A DNA stretch of 64,000 bases, taken from the NCBI GenBank assembly GCA_964188305.1, contig OZ076885.1. One strand, given 5' to 3'. The notes under the pieces were generated by a model. It did no database searches and was not told the DNA's origin. It saw only the letters and a list, made by a program, of their open reading frames with translations. A program made the position numbers and the translations under genes. This stretch comes from Podarcis bocagei (lineage: Eukaryota). Below are positions 45,401-59,783 of the stretch, piece by piece (within the stretch, counting starts at the first letter, position 1; the number at the start of each line of letters is the position of its first letter).

Positions 45401-48400
45401 TGATTAAGGATGGAGTTGCAACTAAATAGGCACTCATTTGATCACCTGCAGCAAACCATAATCACTCCTTGGTAACTAAGCAAGGAAGCTTTTGTAAACT
45501 GTCAGCATCAGATAAGTGGAATAAGAAGAATAGGGAGCTAAGGGAAAGAGAGAGAAATTTGAAAAGTGCAAATGGGGAAAAATATTTTTGTTTTAACTAC
45601 TAAAACCATATTTGTTTCATTTTATCTGCTTTTAACTGCTTTTGCTTCACTTGTCCATTTATTAATTTTTCACAAAAAAACTTTACAAATTTTAACATAA
45701 ACTGTAAGTTACGTTATCATTGACTTCCTGTCCTCAGCTTCCATGCTGCATAATTCGCCTATACTATTCAATACATCCATTTTGACCTATCCGTCCTAAT
45801 AATTCCCACTGTTGCTCATATTTCGACTCCTGCTCGTATTTTCTTCTCACTATAGTAGTTCTTTAAATACTTTTTGTCACTTTGATCTCTATTCTTTGCT
45901 GTTAATCTTGCCAGTTCCATGGACTCCATCATTTTCAAAAGCCAATATTTTTCGGATTTAATTTTATTTGTTTTTATTTTCCTGTTGCTCTCGGTGAAGA
46001 CATGCCTGAACGTTTGCTGCCTGTAGCCTGATGCTTTCCATCCAAATGGCATGAAATTTGCAGAATTTTTACTACCCTCTTGGGGTGGTTGCTTTGCCAA
46101 ATTTCAGTTTGGACAAAGGATATCCGTTGCAGAGGCAGTTAAGAAAGAGGTAGCAAATAACTCCCTGCAACTTTGGGTGATCTACTTTTTTTTTTGCCTG
46201 CCTATAACTTTGCTGTCACACAGCCACTAACATTTGCAGGCAGAGTACTGCTCTCTCAAAGGCACCATCACTGCCATTGTTCATGCTGATTTGACATGTC
46301 AAATTTGAAAAATGATAATTTCAAAATAAAAATGAATGTACCCACAAAGCAAATATAAAATAAATGGAAATGCATTTGATTCTTTTTTCATTTATTTTTA
46401 AAACTAATGCACATCACTAGGATCTCACACAGATACTTGGGTGCCATAAGGGTATGTGGGATTTATTTATAAATTTCGACGTTTGCAGCCAGTCTCTTTC
46501 TCTGAATGCTAGTTGCTTTTTCTCCTGCATCAGAAGTTCAGAATTACAAGAAAATCATTACTATTTGAGGACTCTTTAAAACACAAAACACTTACTCTTA
46601 AGATGAAAACATCATTCTGAGGTGTTCGTATAACACAGCTTGTCTGCACACACACCCCACAACATTCACCGTCCTGATGAATAAGAGTATGTCCCTAGGG
46701 AGAAAGAGATGCACAGTTATGATATGGGATCTGCAACAAAGCTTTGCCATGTGCGGTGCTCCTGCTCAGGCTTCTTAGTCATCCAGCCAACTATACCACT
46801 CTTGCATACTCCATCCTATCCTCCCCCTACAAAAAAATCCAATGCCCCACCTACAGATATGTAAAATCCAGCCTATAAATCTACAAAACGACAATGTTTA
46901 TGGGCCAGTTCAGATAATGACAACTGCTATGGATCCTACATGTGCTGGCGTATATAACCACTTTGAGATGAATAATGGAAGAGCAAGGTTTCAAACCACG
47001 AAAAGGCTCCCTGCTCCAGAAATTCAGCTTCAGCACATGGAAGAATGTGGGAGCGGTGATGGTGATGTGAGTGAGGGGTTGGGGCTAGGGAGGGCACACC
47101 TCTGCTCTCCCCCCCCCCACCTCATGTGATGGAGGGAAAATACCTGGGAAGGGCTACCACTTTTTTGAAATGTTATTATTATTGAAACTTTTCAGCATAG
47201 AAAGGAAAAAAACAGATGAATCTAAATGAAAATGAAAAAAGGGAATAACTTTAAAGTGGGTGTGGGGGAGAGAAAGAGAGGAAAAAGTAAAAGAATACAA
47301 AAGAAATATGAAGCCCTCTGACAGAGGTAGATCTTAACCCTTGCTTCACACAAAAGGGTATGGATGGGAAACCTATCCCTGAACATGTTAACTCATACCA
47401 ACTTCAACAGGTATGTATAAAGAAGTTGTATAAAGGAGGCCTGAATCATCCTGATCAGACCTACTTCACTTCACATTGTTCCATCAAACTTTATATTTCT
47501 TTATTTTAAAACGTATATGCTGCTTTTCACCATGTGGTCTCAAGGTGGCTTACAACAATGAAGCATATAATATATATAATTTAAAATTTAAAACATACAA
47601 TAGATGCAAGGGCAGCCTCACACAGATTGTGTTACAATAATTCAATCTTGGGATTTACCAACGCACAGACTACAGTGGGTAAGTTATACCTATCCAGTTG
47701 CATACCAGTAGAAGGGAACTGGATAAAAGGCACGCCTAGCCATACAGGCCACCTGAGTGACAATGATGGTTCAAGGAATACCTCTAAACTATGTATCTGC
47801 TTCTTCAGAGGGAGTGTTAGCCCATCCAGGACAGGCAACTGGTCTATCTCCTGGATCTGAGAACCACCCCACCCACAAGACCTCTGTCTTCCCAGGGCTG
47901 CCCTCATCCAGTCTACCAATGCATCCAGGTACTTGGTCCCGGTCTTTCACAGCCTCTCCTGAATAAAATATAATGGAGAACTAGGGCTGGGTGGCGGGAC
48001 GCGGGTGGCGCTGTGGGTAAAAGCCTCAGCGCCTAGGGCTTGCTGATCAAAAGGTCGGCGGTTCGAATCCCCGCGGTGGGGTGTGCTCCTGTTGCTCGGT
48101 CCCAGCGCCTGCCAACCTAGCAGTTTGAAAGCACCCCCGGGTGCAAGTAGATAAATAGGGACCGCTTACTGGTGGGAAGGTAAACGGCGTTTCCGTGTGC
48201 TGCGCTGGCTCGCCAGATGCAGCTTTGTCACGCTGGCCTTGTGACCCGGAAGTGTCTCCGGACAGCGCTGGCCCCCGGCCTCTTAAGTGAGATGGGCGCA
48301 CAACCCTAGAGTCTGTCAAGACTGGCCTGTACGGGCAGGGGTACCTTTACCTTTTTAGGGCTGGGTATCCTCAGCATCCTGAGGACACCTTGCCACAAAA

Positions 48401-51400
48401 CTCCCAATGACTACTTCTAATGGTTGCATATAGATGTTAAATAGCACTGGGGGCCAAATAGTGCGCTGTGGGACTGTTATGGGCCCAAGGAGCAGTCTCC
48501 CTGTGCCACTTTCTAGATACAACCCTGCAAGTAAGAATGGAACCACTGTAAAACAGTGCCCCCACAGACCTGATCCATCAGGATAACATAGTCAGTGGTA
48601 TCAGAAGCTGCTGAGAGATCAAGAAAGAGCAGCAGGGTTGCACTCCCCCATCTCTTTCCTATCAGGGCAACCAAAGCTGATTCAGTCTGAAGCCCAGGTC
48701 TGAAACCAGAATGAACTAGATCTAGGTAATAATAATCATAGCAACTGGTTTTCGGTTTTGTTCTTAAAGTGGATGGTGCTTACTTGTTCACACATCGTTG
48801 GGCATGGGATGTAGCTGCAACTGATCAAATTCAGCAAAGTACTGTTGTCTTTTTTCTCTGTGCAGACACATTTCTGGCACTTATCTCCTAAGATCTGAGA
48901 GCCAGGCTGGAATAGGAGAGCAAGAGATAAACTATAAGCAAAGCAAAGCATGAAACAGGCCTGTTTATATTACTTTAGTACAAAATGACTACCAAAAATA
49001 AAAATAAAAAATGGAATAACATGAGAATGGCCCAGTGGCAGTAGTTGCTTTAGATTTAATTTAATTTTAATTTGTTTCCATCTCTTGCTAATTCCCTCTT
49101 GAATATCTATCCTTGCTCAATTCACACTCTTGTTCATTTGATCGTTGTGTGTTGAGTCACAGTAGCCCCCCAATAAATCACACTTAACACATCAATTTTT
49201 GTTTAAGGTTTTTGGCATAATTTTGGCCACAACTTTATTCAAATACAAACAATGTGAGTGGTTGCTTAGGCATTGGTTATGACTATCTGTCCTTGCCCTC
49301 AGGGACAGAACTGGCCTTCCGGACACCAGCGGAAGCCAGCGTGGGAAACAAGTATTGGGTGAGAAATAAAGCTGGGCACCAGACCATTACTTCTCACCCT
49401 CATGTTCTTGTGGGGCTTGCACGGCCCAAGTCCGACTCCGGGGACAAGGACGAAAGAATGGCAAGCCCCTGGATTTCCTTTAACGAAATTCCCATTCGCA
49501 TCATTTGGAGGGGTAGGCACTTACCCCTCCAAGCACCAATTTAACCAATGCCTAACCGCCAACCTTACAAGTTGTGACGATTTGCTACGCAGTAGGCAAA
49601 AACCAAATGGCACCAGCCAATCAGCCAGATGGCAAAATTCCTACCAGGCCCCCGCACCAAGGCGAACGACCCCATGACAGGCATAGCAAGGTCAAGCAAT
49701 CCTTCAATACCCTTCAATACTTAAACAAGGGAGGGAGGGCGGGTGATCCGATGTAAAACGGCCAAGAGGCCGTGCCAACGTCTAGCCCCTGTATATATAG
49801 ACTCTGACCCCTCCTCCGAATTGGCAACAATCAAAACACCCCAGCAACCCAGTTTAACCATTTAAATGGTCGGGATTCAACTAAATTTGCCTAGTCACTG
49901 GAGGGTGGCCTGTTCCCAACCGCAACACATGCTCTCTGCTAGGGAGAACACGCTTTACCAGCAAAGTGCGGTGGGTGTGGGTGGATGTGGATCAGCAGCA
50001 CTGACCTCCCAGTGGTGGAGGCACTTCATTCTCCCGGATGCAGATGGGGCAGTGAGAGAAAGTGGCAAGCCTGGGGGAGCTCTGGATTTGGCAACATCTG
50101 TGTTCCACAGGTACATGAGGATGTGAAGCACCACTGCTACCAACCCGGAGTCCCACTTCAATCTCACCAGCCCCTCATCTTGCCCTAGTCTGTGAACAGC
50201 AGTGCTGCCAGTGGAAGGCTACTTCTGCTGTTCCACCCACTTCATACACTGCTACTGATTTCACAGTACAGTCGCACCTTGGTTGCCAAACAGAATCCAT
50301 TCTGGAAGTCCATTCAACTTCTGAAAATGTTCGACAACCAAGGCGCAGCTCCTGATTGGCTGCAGGAGCTTCCTGCACTCAGACGGAAGCTGCAGAAGCT
50401 GCATTGGGCGTTCGGGTTCCAAAGAACATTCGCAAACCGGAACACCCACTTCCAGGTTTGTGGCATTTGGGAGCCAAAATGTTCGAGTCGCAAGGCATTC
50501 AGGATCCAAAGAATGACTGTATAATCCTATGCTACTGTCTACTCAGAAGAAAGTCCCACTCTGTTCAATGGGGCTAGTTCCTTGTAACTGCAGCCTAAGG
50601 CAGCCATATTTTCCTGTGAGCAAACCCTGTTGAACTCAAGTCTGACTTACTCTTGAGTAGATGTATATAGAAATGTGTTATGAAGTGTTTTGGAATGATG
50701 TCCTTTCTTTAGAAAATTGGATGTGCAACTGGGCTCCAAAAATGGACAAATAGACAAATCACTTCATGAAACTTTTGTTAGCAGAGTAAGGAAGAAAAGG
50801 AAATCTTACCGTGTATTCATTACCGTTAGCCACACAAACGTTTTTGGGCTCTACAAAAAAAAAAAAGACAACATGTAAAATATTCTATATTAAGCCACTG
50901 GATATTTTTTTAAAAAAATGTACTCACTGTTATATAGCTCCCCACCATGCTTCCTTCACCAGCAGGGATGGCAAGCGTGTGGCTCTCCAGATGTTGTTGG
51001 ACTACAACTCCCATCAGCCCCAAGCCAGCACAGCCAGTGGTCAGGGATGGTAGGAGCTGTGGTCCTGCGACCTCTGGAAGGCACCAGATTGGCTACTGCT
51101 TCATTAGACTGTAAGCTAAGGATACAACTGGGAAGCAAATTCCACTGGCAACAGCCAGATTCACTTCTAAGCACGCTTAGGACCAGAATGCGATGTGTCA
51201 TGCTTATCCTTTCATAATTTGTTAAAACAGACTTACCACATCGGTGATCAGGACAGCAGTGGCCTTCAGGAACTTCAGAAACTAACTCATACCCTGGCTG
51301 ACATTTAGGAGGCTCTGTTGTGCAGTCAGTGGCATTGCATACTGTAAAGAAGAAAGGGCAAAATGATATTGCAGAAACATGGGGAAATTCCTTAAACTGG

Positions 51401-54400
51401 GTTCAACCAGGAGTACTGAACAGTGAATTAACCAGGCATCTTGCAAATTAATATTGAACAGTGAAGTAATCATGCATTGTGCAACAGGAGTTCTCCCATA
51501 GTTGGGGAAACTGTAATTGAAAGTATTTACAGTGGTGCCTCGCAAGACGAAATTAATCCGTTCCGCGAGTCTCTTCGTCTAGCGGTTTTTTCGTCTTGTG
51601 AAGCAACCCTATTAGTGGATTAGCGGATTAGCGCTATTAGCGGTTTAGTGGCTATTAAAGGCTTAGCGGCTATTAAAGGCTTAGCGGAGTAGCAGCTAAA
51701 AGGCTATTAGTGGCTTAGCAAAAGGTGGGGGAAAGCGAAAAAAAATCGCAAGACTTGCAAGACGTTTTCGTCTTGCAAAGCAAGCCCATAGGGAAAATCA
51801 TCTTGCGAAGCAGCTCAAAAACGGAAAACCCTTTCGTCTAGCGGGTGTTCCGTCTTGCGAGGCATTCGTCTTGCGGGGCACCACTGTATTCAGTTCTTAA
51901 TTCTCTGGCAGGTGGGGCCAATCCATCACTCCTATTACTGTGCCTTCAATTGTACTGAGCTCCCTGCTGCTTTGCCCCTTCTCCCCCTTGTAAGGAGCAC
52001 TAACCACAAGGCATTGCAAAGCCAGGTGGGCAATGCTGCCCTGCCCTGCCCACACCAGCAACTGCTACTGCTGGAAAATGCTTGTTGGCTTCTCCCCCCC
52101 CCCCAAAAAAAAACCACAAAATAGCATAATAACAACTAATCACCGAAACAGACCAATGAACTTACAGGGACTTTCTAGTCTGCTGTACCTCTGCTGTCTG
52201 AAAATTGCTAGCACTGGGAAGTGAACCTATAGCCCTATACACATCATGGGCTGTATTAAACCTTTTGTGCTAAGGCAATGATTAGCACTAGGGGATTTCC
52301 CCTTTCTCCTCTCCCTGTGCATGTCCCATATCATCCCCAAAGCTGTTCCAAAAACCTTGGAGAAGCTCCAGAGCAAATTTAGGGGACACACAAGGGACAG
52401 AAAGGGGGTGAACACTCTGGTGCACAAGAAGGAATCCTTGCAGTGACGGAACCTTCACCTTATGTATTTGCTCTACCATTGACCATTGGTTGCTCCAAAG
52501 CAGGTAAATAGCAAAGGGCTCCCAAGAATTGCAAAGGGCTCCTAAGATGGACTTACCACAAGTGGTTTTAGAGCAGCATTTGTTATCAGGATTGACTTCA
52601 GTGATCGTGTAGAATCCATCTCCTTCACAGCTGACATAATCATCTGATGGACATTTGAGGGGCTCACAGGTAATACCGCTGCCTCCTTCCAGGCAACTGC
52701 ACTTCTTGCAGTCAAACTCAAACTCCTCCCCAAACTATCATTCAAGAAAGGTAAAACACATTAAGTTTGTGAATGCCTACAGGGTACAAACTGTAATAAA
52801 AATTTTCTGTCCATGAGGTTTGTGGAATGTCTGCTTTAACTTCTTCTGGGCAGCACCTTCTGGGTGAATGCCTTCTCCTGACAGAAGCAGTGGGGAACCT
52901 TCAGTCTGTGCACTTAATTAGACCCACCATGAGGCCATTGGGGTATAAACACACCCACCTCTTCATCACTTGACATCATAGCTATAGCACCAAAGTCAAA
53001 AGGAAGAATTGGGGTAACTCTAAGAGCACTCCCATTTCTTTCTTTTCAGCCATGGCTTGAGGTGCAAATCAAGGATCCTCCTTACAAGTCCTGGCTTGAA
53101 ATAGGCACTTTTTAAATTTGGCACATTTTTTTTGTTCAGCAACAGAAAAGGGAACCAAAATCAAGGAGCACCTGTTATAAGCTGTGGCTGCAAATAAAGA
53201 TCATTTCTTTGCACTTCCAGTCATGGGTGCAGAGGAAAAACCTTCCCTTGCATCTGTGGCTTGAAGGTTAAATTGTCTGATGTCATATAACATCAAGTGA
53301 AAATCAAACTTGTTTTATTTATGGTTATTCTGCTTTGCTTTGTTTTTGTGGGGGTTTTTTGTTGTTTGTTTGTTTTTGCTACAATCTATTCTAGTATTGT
53401 TACCAAGGATGGGCAGGCTATGAACTTTTTAAATAACCAAATAACTCACATATATTTTGGAAAATAGCAGAAGGGAACTAATTTTGGTAGGTCATTTTAT
53501 TACAATCCTAATTCTGCTACATTCCAAAAACTGTTTATCATGATGGATCCCTTGATGAGATTATCTCCAAATAGTTGAAAGAGCAATAGAAAACAAAGTT
53601 GTTGGGATTTTGCACTTCCTTTCCCCAAAGTAAAGCAAACTTACAACTGAATACTTACAATTCAGCAAAAAAGGAACACAAAACAAACAGACTTGCATCT
53701 TACCTTCCTTGGTATATTATCTGGCCCAACACATCCTGCAAGCAGAATAAAGAAAATACCCATTACTAATAAGTTCATTAGGCCAGAGGTTTTCAACCTT
53801 TTTGAGTCCATGTCTCACTTGACCAACTACATTCTTTCTATGGCACCTCTGTGGGGCTCAGGAGCCCAGTTATATCACCCCTTGCCTACAAAGCTGGCAG
53901 CCTCTTATGCTTTTTCTAATATCCTCCCTTGAGGAGTGTTCCCTCAGCCTCTTCTACTCCCCCTTCTCCTTGGGAGTCCTCTGGGCAGCCACAGCCGCCA
54001 CCCCTGGTCTCTGAGCTGCCCCCCCCCCACTACAAAGAGAGGTGCCTCCTCACACTGCTCCACAGGGGCCTGGGAAGACCATGCCTCCAGCCTTAGTGGC
54101 CCAGCAGAGACTGGCCAAAGTAGAATGTGAGGCCAGCACCTTACCTCAGGTGGCAGCAGCAGGCACTGTCGGGCCTGCATGGCAGAAAGGCTCCCCTTCA
54201 GCACAGGCCTTGCACACAGCAAGCACAAGAAAGGTCAATGCAGTGCCTGCTTGCCGGGCTTCCCACTTGTCTGTCCATTCCTAACAACAAGGGCTGGTGG
54301 GCTAGCTGGCTGGGCTCCCTCACCCACTTCCTTGCATACTCCGAGGCCGCCTCAGCTCCTGGCAACCAGCAACCCCTGGCCAGCCCCAGAGGCACCATTT

Positions 54401-57400
54401 GTCTGGGGAGCTTGTAGCCAGGGCTGCTGCAACAAATAGCCACAGAAGCCTCTGTGAGGCAAAGACGCTAGAGGACATCAGAGGAGGGAGGGAAGCAAAG
54501 AGGGACAGAGGCCAGTGGTGCCATGGCACCCCTGACCATCATTCAAGGCACCCCAGGGTGCCGCAGCACACTGGTTGAAAACCACTGCATGAGCCACACA
54601 TTTTTGTTACATAAAAAAATAAAGACCACTGTTGCCATCTATAGAAATATCTGGAACCTTTCAAATAATTCCACATCTTCCACTCTCTTAAAAAAAGAAA
54701 AACAACCTAAAAGGCCATGAACAGGTACATCTTCACTTAGCGCTGAAATGACAACAATGTCAGGGCATAAGGCAGCATGCTTCCATCTGTGGCAAACCTT
54801 CCATGGGCTCATTGATGCTATGCAGAGCTCCCCCACCCAAGAGGCTGGGTGAGGTGGCTGCCTCAGGCAGCGCCTGCCTAGTAGTGGCATGCCTATTACT
54901 CATGACACAGTACCTGATAGCCAGTTATCAGGCAGAACAACACAATGGTGGTGGGGAGGAGGAATATGTGGTCAAAGAACTGCCAAATCTGAGGCCTGTT
55001 GCTTTTGTGCCAGCCAGGGCAGAAGAAGTGGCGAGGGCATGAGGGTGGGGAGTCTGGAGGGACATGAAATGCACCAGCTATATGGATGGTGTACCTTTCT
55101 TTCCCAGCATACTGGGGAAAGGGGAGAGTTTGGGATCCACTCCCATCACACCCATAACATGCCTGTTTCCCCTCCTACGCCAATCAGCAAAAGAGGGACA
55201 TATGTAGAGGTTTTTACAGCTCTCCACCCACAGAGAAGGAGATCTACAAAATCCTATGGCCCATGCAATACCCTTCCAGGGGTCATAGAATTGTAGCCTA
55301 AATTCCTGGGGGAAAGAAGAATCAGAATGAAAACTCACCACAGGTTTTCACACAAACATCCACACCAGCATCATAAAGTGTTGTCCCTTCAGGGCAGAAG
55401 CAGCCTTCAATTTGTTGGGTTTGGTTGACTCCTATTAAGCTACAATAGATAAACAGTTCAAAAAGTAAGGATTCTTCTCATACAGCATAACAGAAATTTA
55501 TAATTTAAGCCAATGACATTTCAAATGATAAATCTATGACATATCTATCAATATCCCTTTATCTGTAGATATACAGGTATATAGCTGAAGCCACAACTTT
55601 CTGATGTACGAGTGGAGAAAATAACTGTTCTGATTTTGGGGATGTTCTGGATTATTGTGTCAATATTGCACTGCATTCTAGAGACCACATGTGGAGGTCA
55701 ATTTTTTTGTGTTGCATGATGGAAACAACATATATTTATAGGGGTTTGTGCAAGGATGACAGGGTGGGTTCAGGGGAAGTAGGCAGAGAATTCCACTGCC
55801 TTTCAGGTAACAAAAAATCATACATAATCCAGCAAGTAAAATTTGTGGAGTTACTACAGATTAACTCAGGTAAGGACTGAGTTGCATGCCTTGCACCATC
55901 TCTTATGCATGAAATAATCCAGAGCAACAGAAGACCATGGTTAATGGGTATATGAACAGAATGCATTCCAAGAGAGGTCCTTTGCACATTGACCTGAGAG
56001 TCACCAAATGCTGAGTAAATGTGTCGTGAAGAACTGGTTAGTGTTCGTCCACATCCAAATGCAGACTGTATTCTCATACAGTGAGATAATATTTGAACAG
56101 GCCTGATTCATGTGAGCTTCCTACTGAAATGGAGAGTGAAATATCAAACAAATTGGGAGTAAGGTTGTAGAACTGTATGCATATTGCAGCACCTACATCA
56201 CATGTATGGCATATATGGCTTGGGTGCTCCCTCTACCACCCTTGCCAAGTGTATGTGTGAACTGCACACTGATTGGCATGCACTATGAGTGTGGAATTTC
56301 TAGGCCAGACAGTGATGTTTGGGGGATTTTAAGGTGTTGTGGACTACGAAACCAAGGATAGGAACTCTACTTCATTATATACAATACACATATATTATAC
56401 TAAGTGACAGTACCAAAGAGCTCATCACATCAGTTCATGCAGACAGACGGTACTGAGATTGGGCTGGTGGGAAAGTAATTACCCTGATTTGCAAGTCTCC
56501 TCTTGAGCAGGACCACATGCTTTGTAGACTCTGTTAGATGGGCAGCTGACGCCTAGATTTTTTTTTTAAAAAAGGGAAAAATTAATGAAGCAGAAGGATC
56601 AGCAATATTAACCATGATGATTTTTTCCTGAAAAAGAACAGCCTATTTTAACTTGTATGCATTTCTAAACCGAGAACAAAAAAACAAAGGCAGGATATGG
56701 GCTCTCCCAACAAACAAAGCAGGAAACTACTGAGTGAGGAACACAGAAGGTGGAATAAACTGATTAGTGTATACTTTCTCATCTCTGTACCTTCTTCTCT
56801 CTTATTGGTCAGTGATAGTATCTAATGGTGCCTTCCTTATCTGGGCACACTCAATAACCTAAGTAACATAGGCTACTTGCATGCGGAGAAAACATAGTTG
56901 TCCATCCTGGCACAGCCCACCATAAGGTGCCATCATAAGCTGGCAACAAAAAGAAGAGAGAGAATGGAGAATAACCTATGGTGGCCTTTCTCCATCCTTC
57001 CTGCTCATTCATCAGCTACTCATTGGGTGCTAGCTTCCTACTTGCTTTTGCCCGGGGCATTTTAAGCTCAATGAAATAAAATCTCTGTCTAAGTGATAGC
57101 ACTGTTGGATAACTGTTTTTAAACAAAAACATCAAAAAGAAAAATATATTTTCAGAGTTGCATTTTCTATTAGAATCTGAGATATCCAACTATTAGCAGG
57201 GTTCATAAAAGTATTTCAGTAAGCTTCTGGGAAACTGTATCTGCGACTAGATCTAAAAAATAACTTAAATAACAGAATGCATGTGTGCAAATGTTTGGAT
57301 GCATTCATGTGAATTCATACCCTACAGAAGCTATGGAGAACCATGGACTGTACAGTCCACACAGGGGAATCAGATGGGCAAAACCCTAAACATCAATCCC

Positions 57401-58727
57401 TTCACTTCACCCACAGTATGGGTCTTGAGTTAAGACACTCAGGGGGGGGGGCTAGTGGGCTTTTGTGAAGGCATACCCAGTAACCCTACAACAGGGATGG
57501 GGAACTTGTGGCTCTGCAGATGCTGTTATACTATAACATCCATAATCCTGATCAGTGCCTATGCTGGCTGGGGCTAATGAGAATTAATAGTCTAACAAAA
57601 TCTGGAGAGCGACAGGTTCCCCATCTCAGCTCTACAGTTGTCCCAAATAGTTCCAGATGAATTTAAGAAATATGCACTTACTACATGTGCCATTGGTAAG
57701 CCCTCTCCAATCAATGCAGACACCTTGGTCAGCACAGGTAAATGCATAGATCTGAAGACTTGCACATTCCATGCCACGATCGGGAATCCTGCAGTTATCA
57801 AACACGCAGGCTGCATAGAAGTTTTCATAATCAACAGCATCATGACACTTCTTGAATTCGCTAGATGCAGGAAGAATAAAAACAGTATTAGGTACTGATG
57901 ATCCATGCTTATCTCATCAAGGAACCTGTTCATTCTACAAATGCCTCATTACACACACACACACACACACACACACTTTTACTTATGTATGCATTTATAA
58001 TCAATATCATAAAAGTATAACAAAGTGCTATATAAAATATAAAAATAAAACCGACAACAGTGTCCATAGAAAACAAAATCAGAAAAATCAATCAATACTG
58101 GTTGGGTAGAAAGAGAAAATTTATCTTGCAAAGGCCATTTTTTAAAAAGATGTCTGAAATAAGAGAGGGATGGTTCCTGCGAAGCCTTTGCTGGTAGGGA
58201 CTTCCACAGTGCAGGACCTGCCACACTAAAGGCTCAGCCCTGAATGAAGGCCAACCAAACCCCAGGGGCTTGATGAACCCCCAGAAGTACCCTATCAGAG
58301 GATATCATTGGCCAATGTAGAGCATAATGAATCAGATGATCTGTAAGAAATATATAATAGACCAGGGGTACATTCTCTATGGGCAAATAGAATGCAAATT
58401 GTCATTTGTCAACACTATGATTAGAGAGGGCAGGGAGCTTCAGTGTAATAAGGGGATGCAGGGGTGCATTTGTGGGAAACACAGATAAAACACTGTAAAG
58501 TACTTTCAGCACAAAAAAAGAATTAAAAAAGAATAAAAGTGCTCAAAATGTTTTGTTTTGTTTTTTTAAAAAAGAAGCATATCAGAATCCAAAAGTTGTA
58601 CTTGTGCAACTGGATTAAAAACAGGAAAACAACCATTAGTTTTGGGTGACTCCATTACCCCAGAAAAATCCATGCAGATATAGGATGAATTTCTAAAACA
58701 AAATCACTCTGAAGAGCAGGCAAGTGT

Positions 58728-58775
<48 letters not shown>

Positions 58776-59747
58776 AGCCAAACTTTTAAGCAATGAAGAC
58801 CAAACACCAAACTAAACAGATACAAATCCCAAAGTGAAAATTGGTAAGAGCACATTTACCCCTCAAGTAAAAGTTTACAGAGCGGAGATGGTTCGCAGGG
58901 CGGGCGGTTTGTTGGTTCCTGAATCGGGGGCAATCGGGGGCAATGGGGTTTGGAGTCATCAGTAATAAACCAGTCATCTGCCATCTGTACACAGTTTTCT
59001 GCAAGTTCTCCATTGCGCAGCCGACAGTCGTCTGCTGTATTATTGGTGCATGTACCTAAAATTGACATAAAGCAGAGGAATTCAGGCAGCTGTACATCAT
59101 TTGGTTTCCATTATGTTACTAATTATTATTTTTATCAATACTAATAATACAAGGTCTGAAGATGAATTCACAGAACTTATAGCACAGAACTTTCTAAGTT
59201 TCATTAGGTGTGTGTTTTTGAAAACAATTTTCATTAATAGTAAAAAGCTGCTTACACACAATATATTACTATTACTGTTTAAATTAGTTTTGTTAATGTA
59301 TTCCCATAATGGTTCACCTTTATATTTCTGATATTGTTCTTATTATTTGCTTTTCAGTGTATCATTTTAGAAGAAAAAACAAAATAATTCTTACCACACT
59401 GGCCCTGGGTGTTGTTGCCAAATAGTTCATAGGGCATCCGAATAGTGAAAGATATGCCGTTGAAGGTTATATTTATCTTTGATTCAGGAATTACCACCAT
59501 GTAATTCATACCTAACTGATGAATTTTCACACCATATTTTGTGTAAGGTAAGTTCACAACATTCCCATTTACGAGTACCTAATATCCAAAGGGTGGGAAA
59601 GGATGTAAAATAGTTAGAATAAAAAATTGTATCTTTTCAAACAGCATTTTTAAGTGCAGGACTATAGCATACCAGAGAAAAGGAACAAGGAATTGTTTTA
59701 GTCAATTTGCTGGATGGCTTTTAAGCATATAAATCTATATCTGTCTA

Positions 59748-59783
<36 letters not shown>

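Noticed and set aside
53936-54529. Cluster of overlapping GC-rich ORFs
   Set aside because: Lies inside a non-autonomous hAT element; no transposase motifs.
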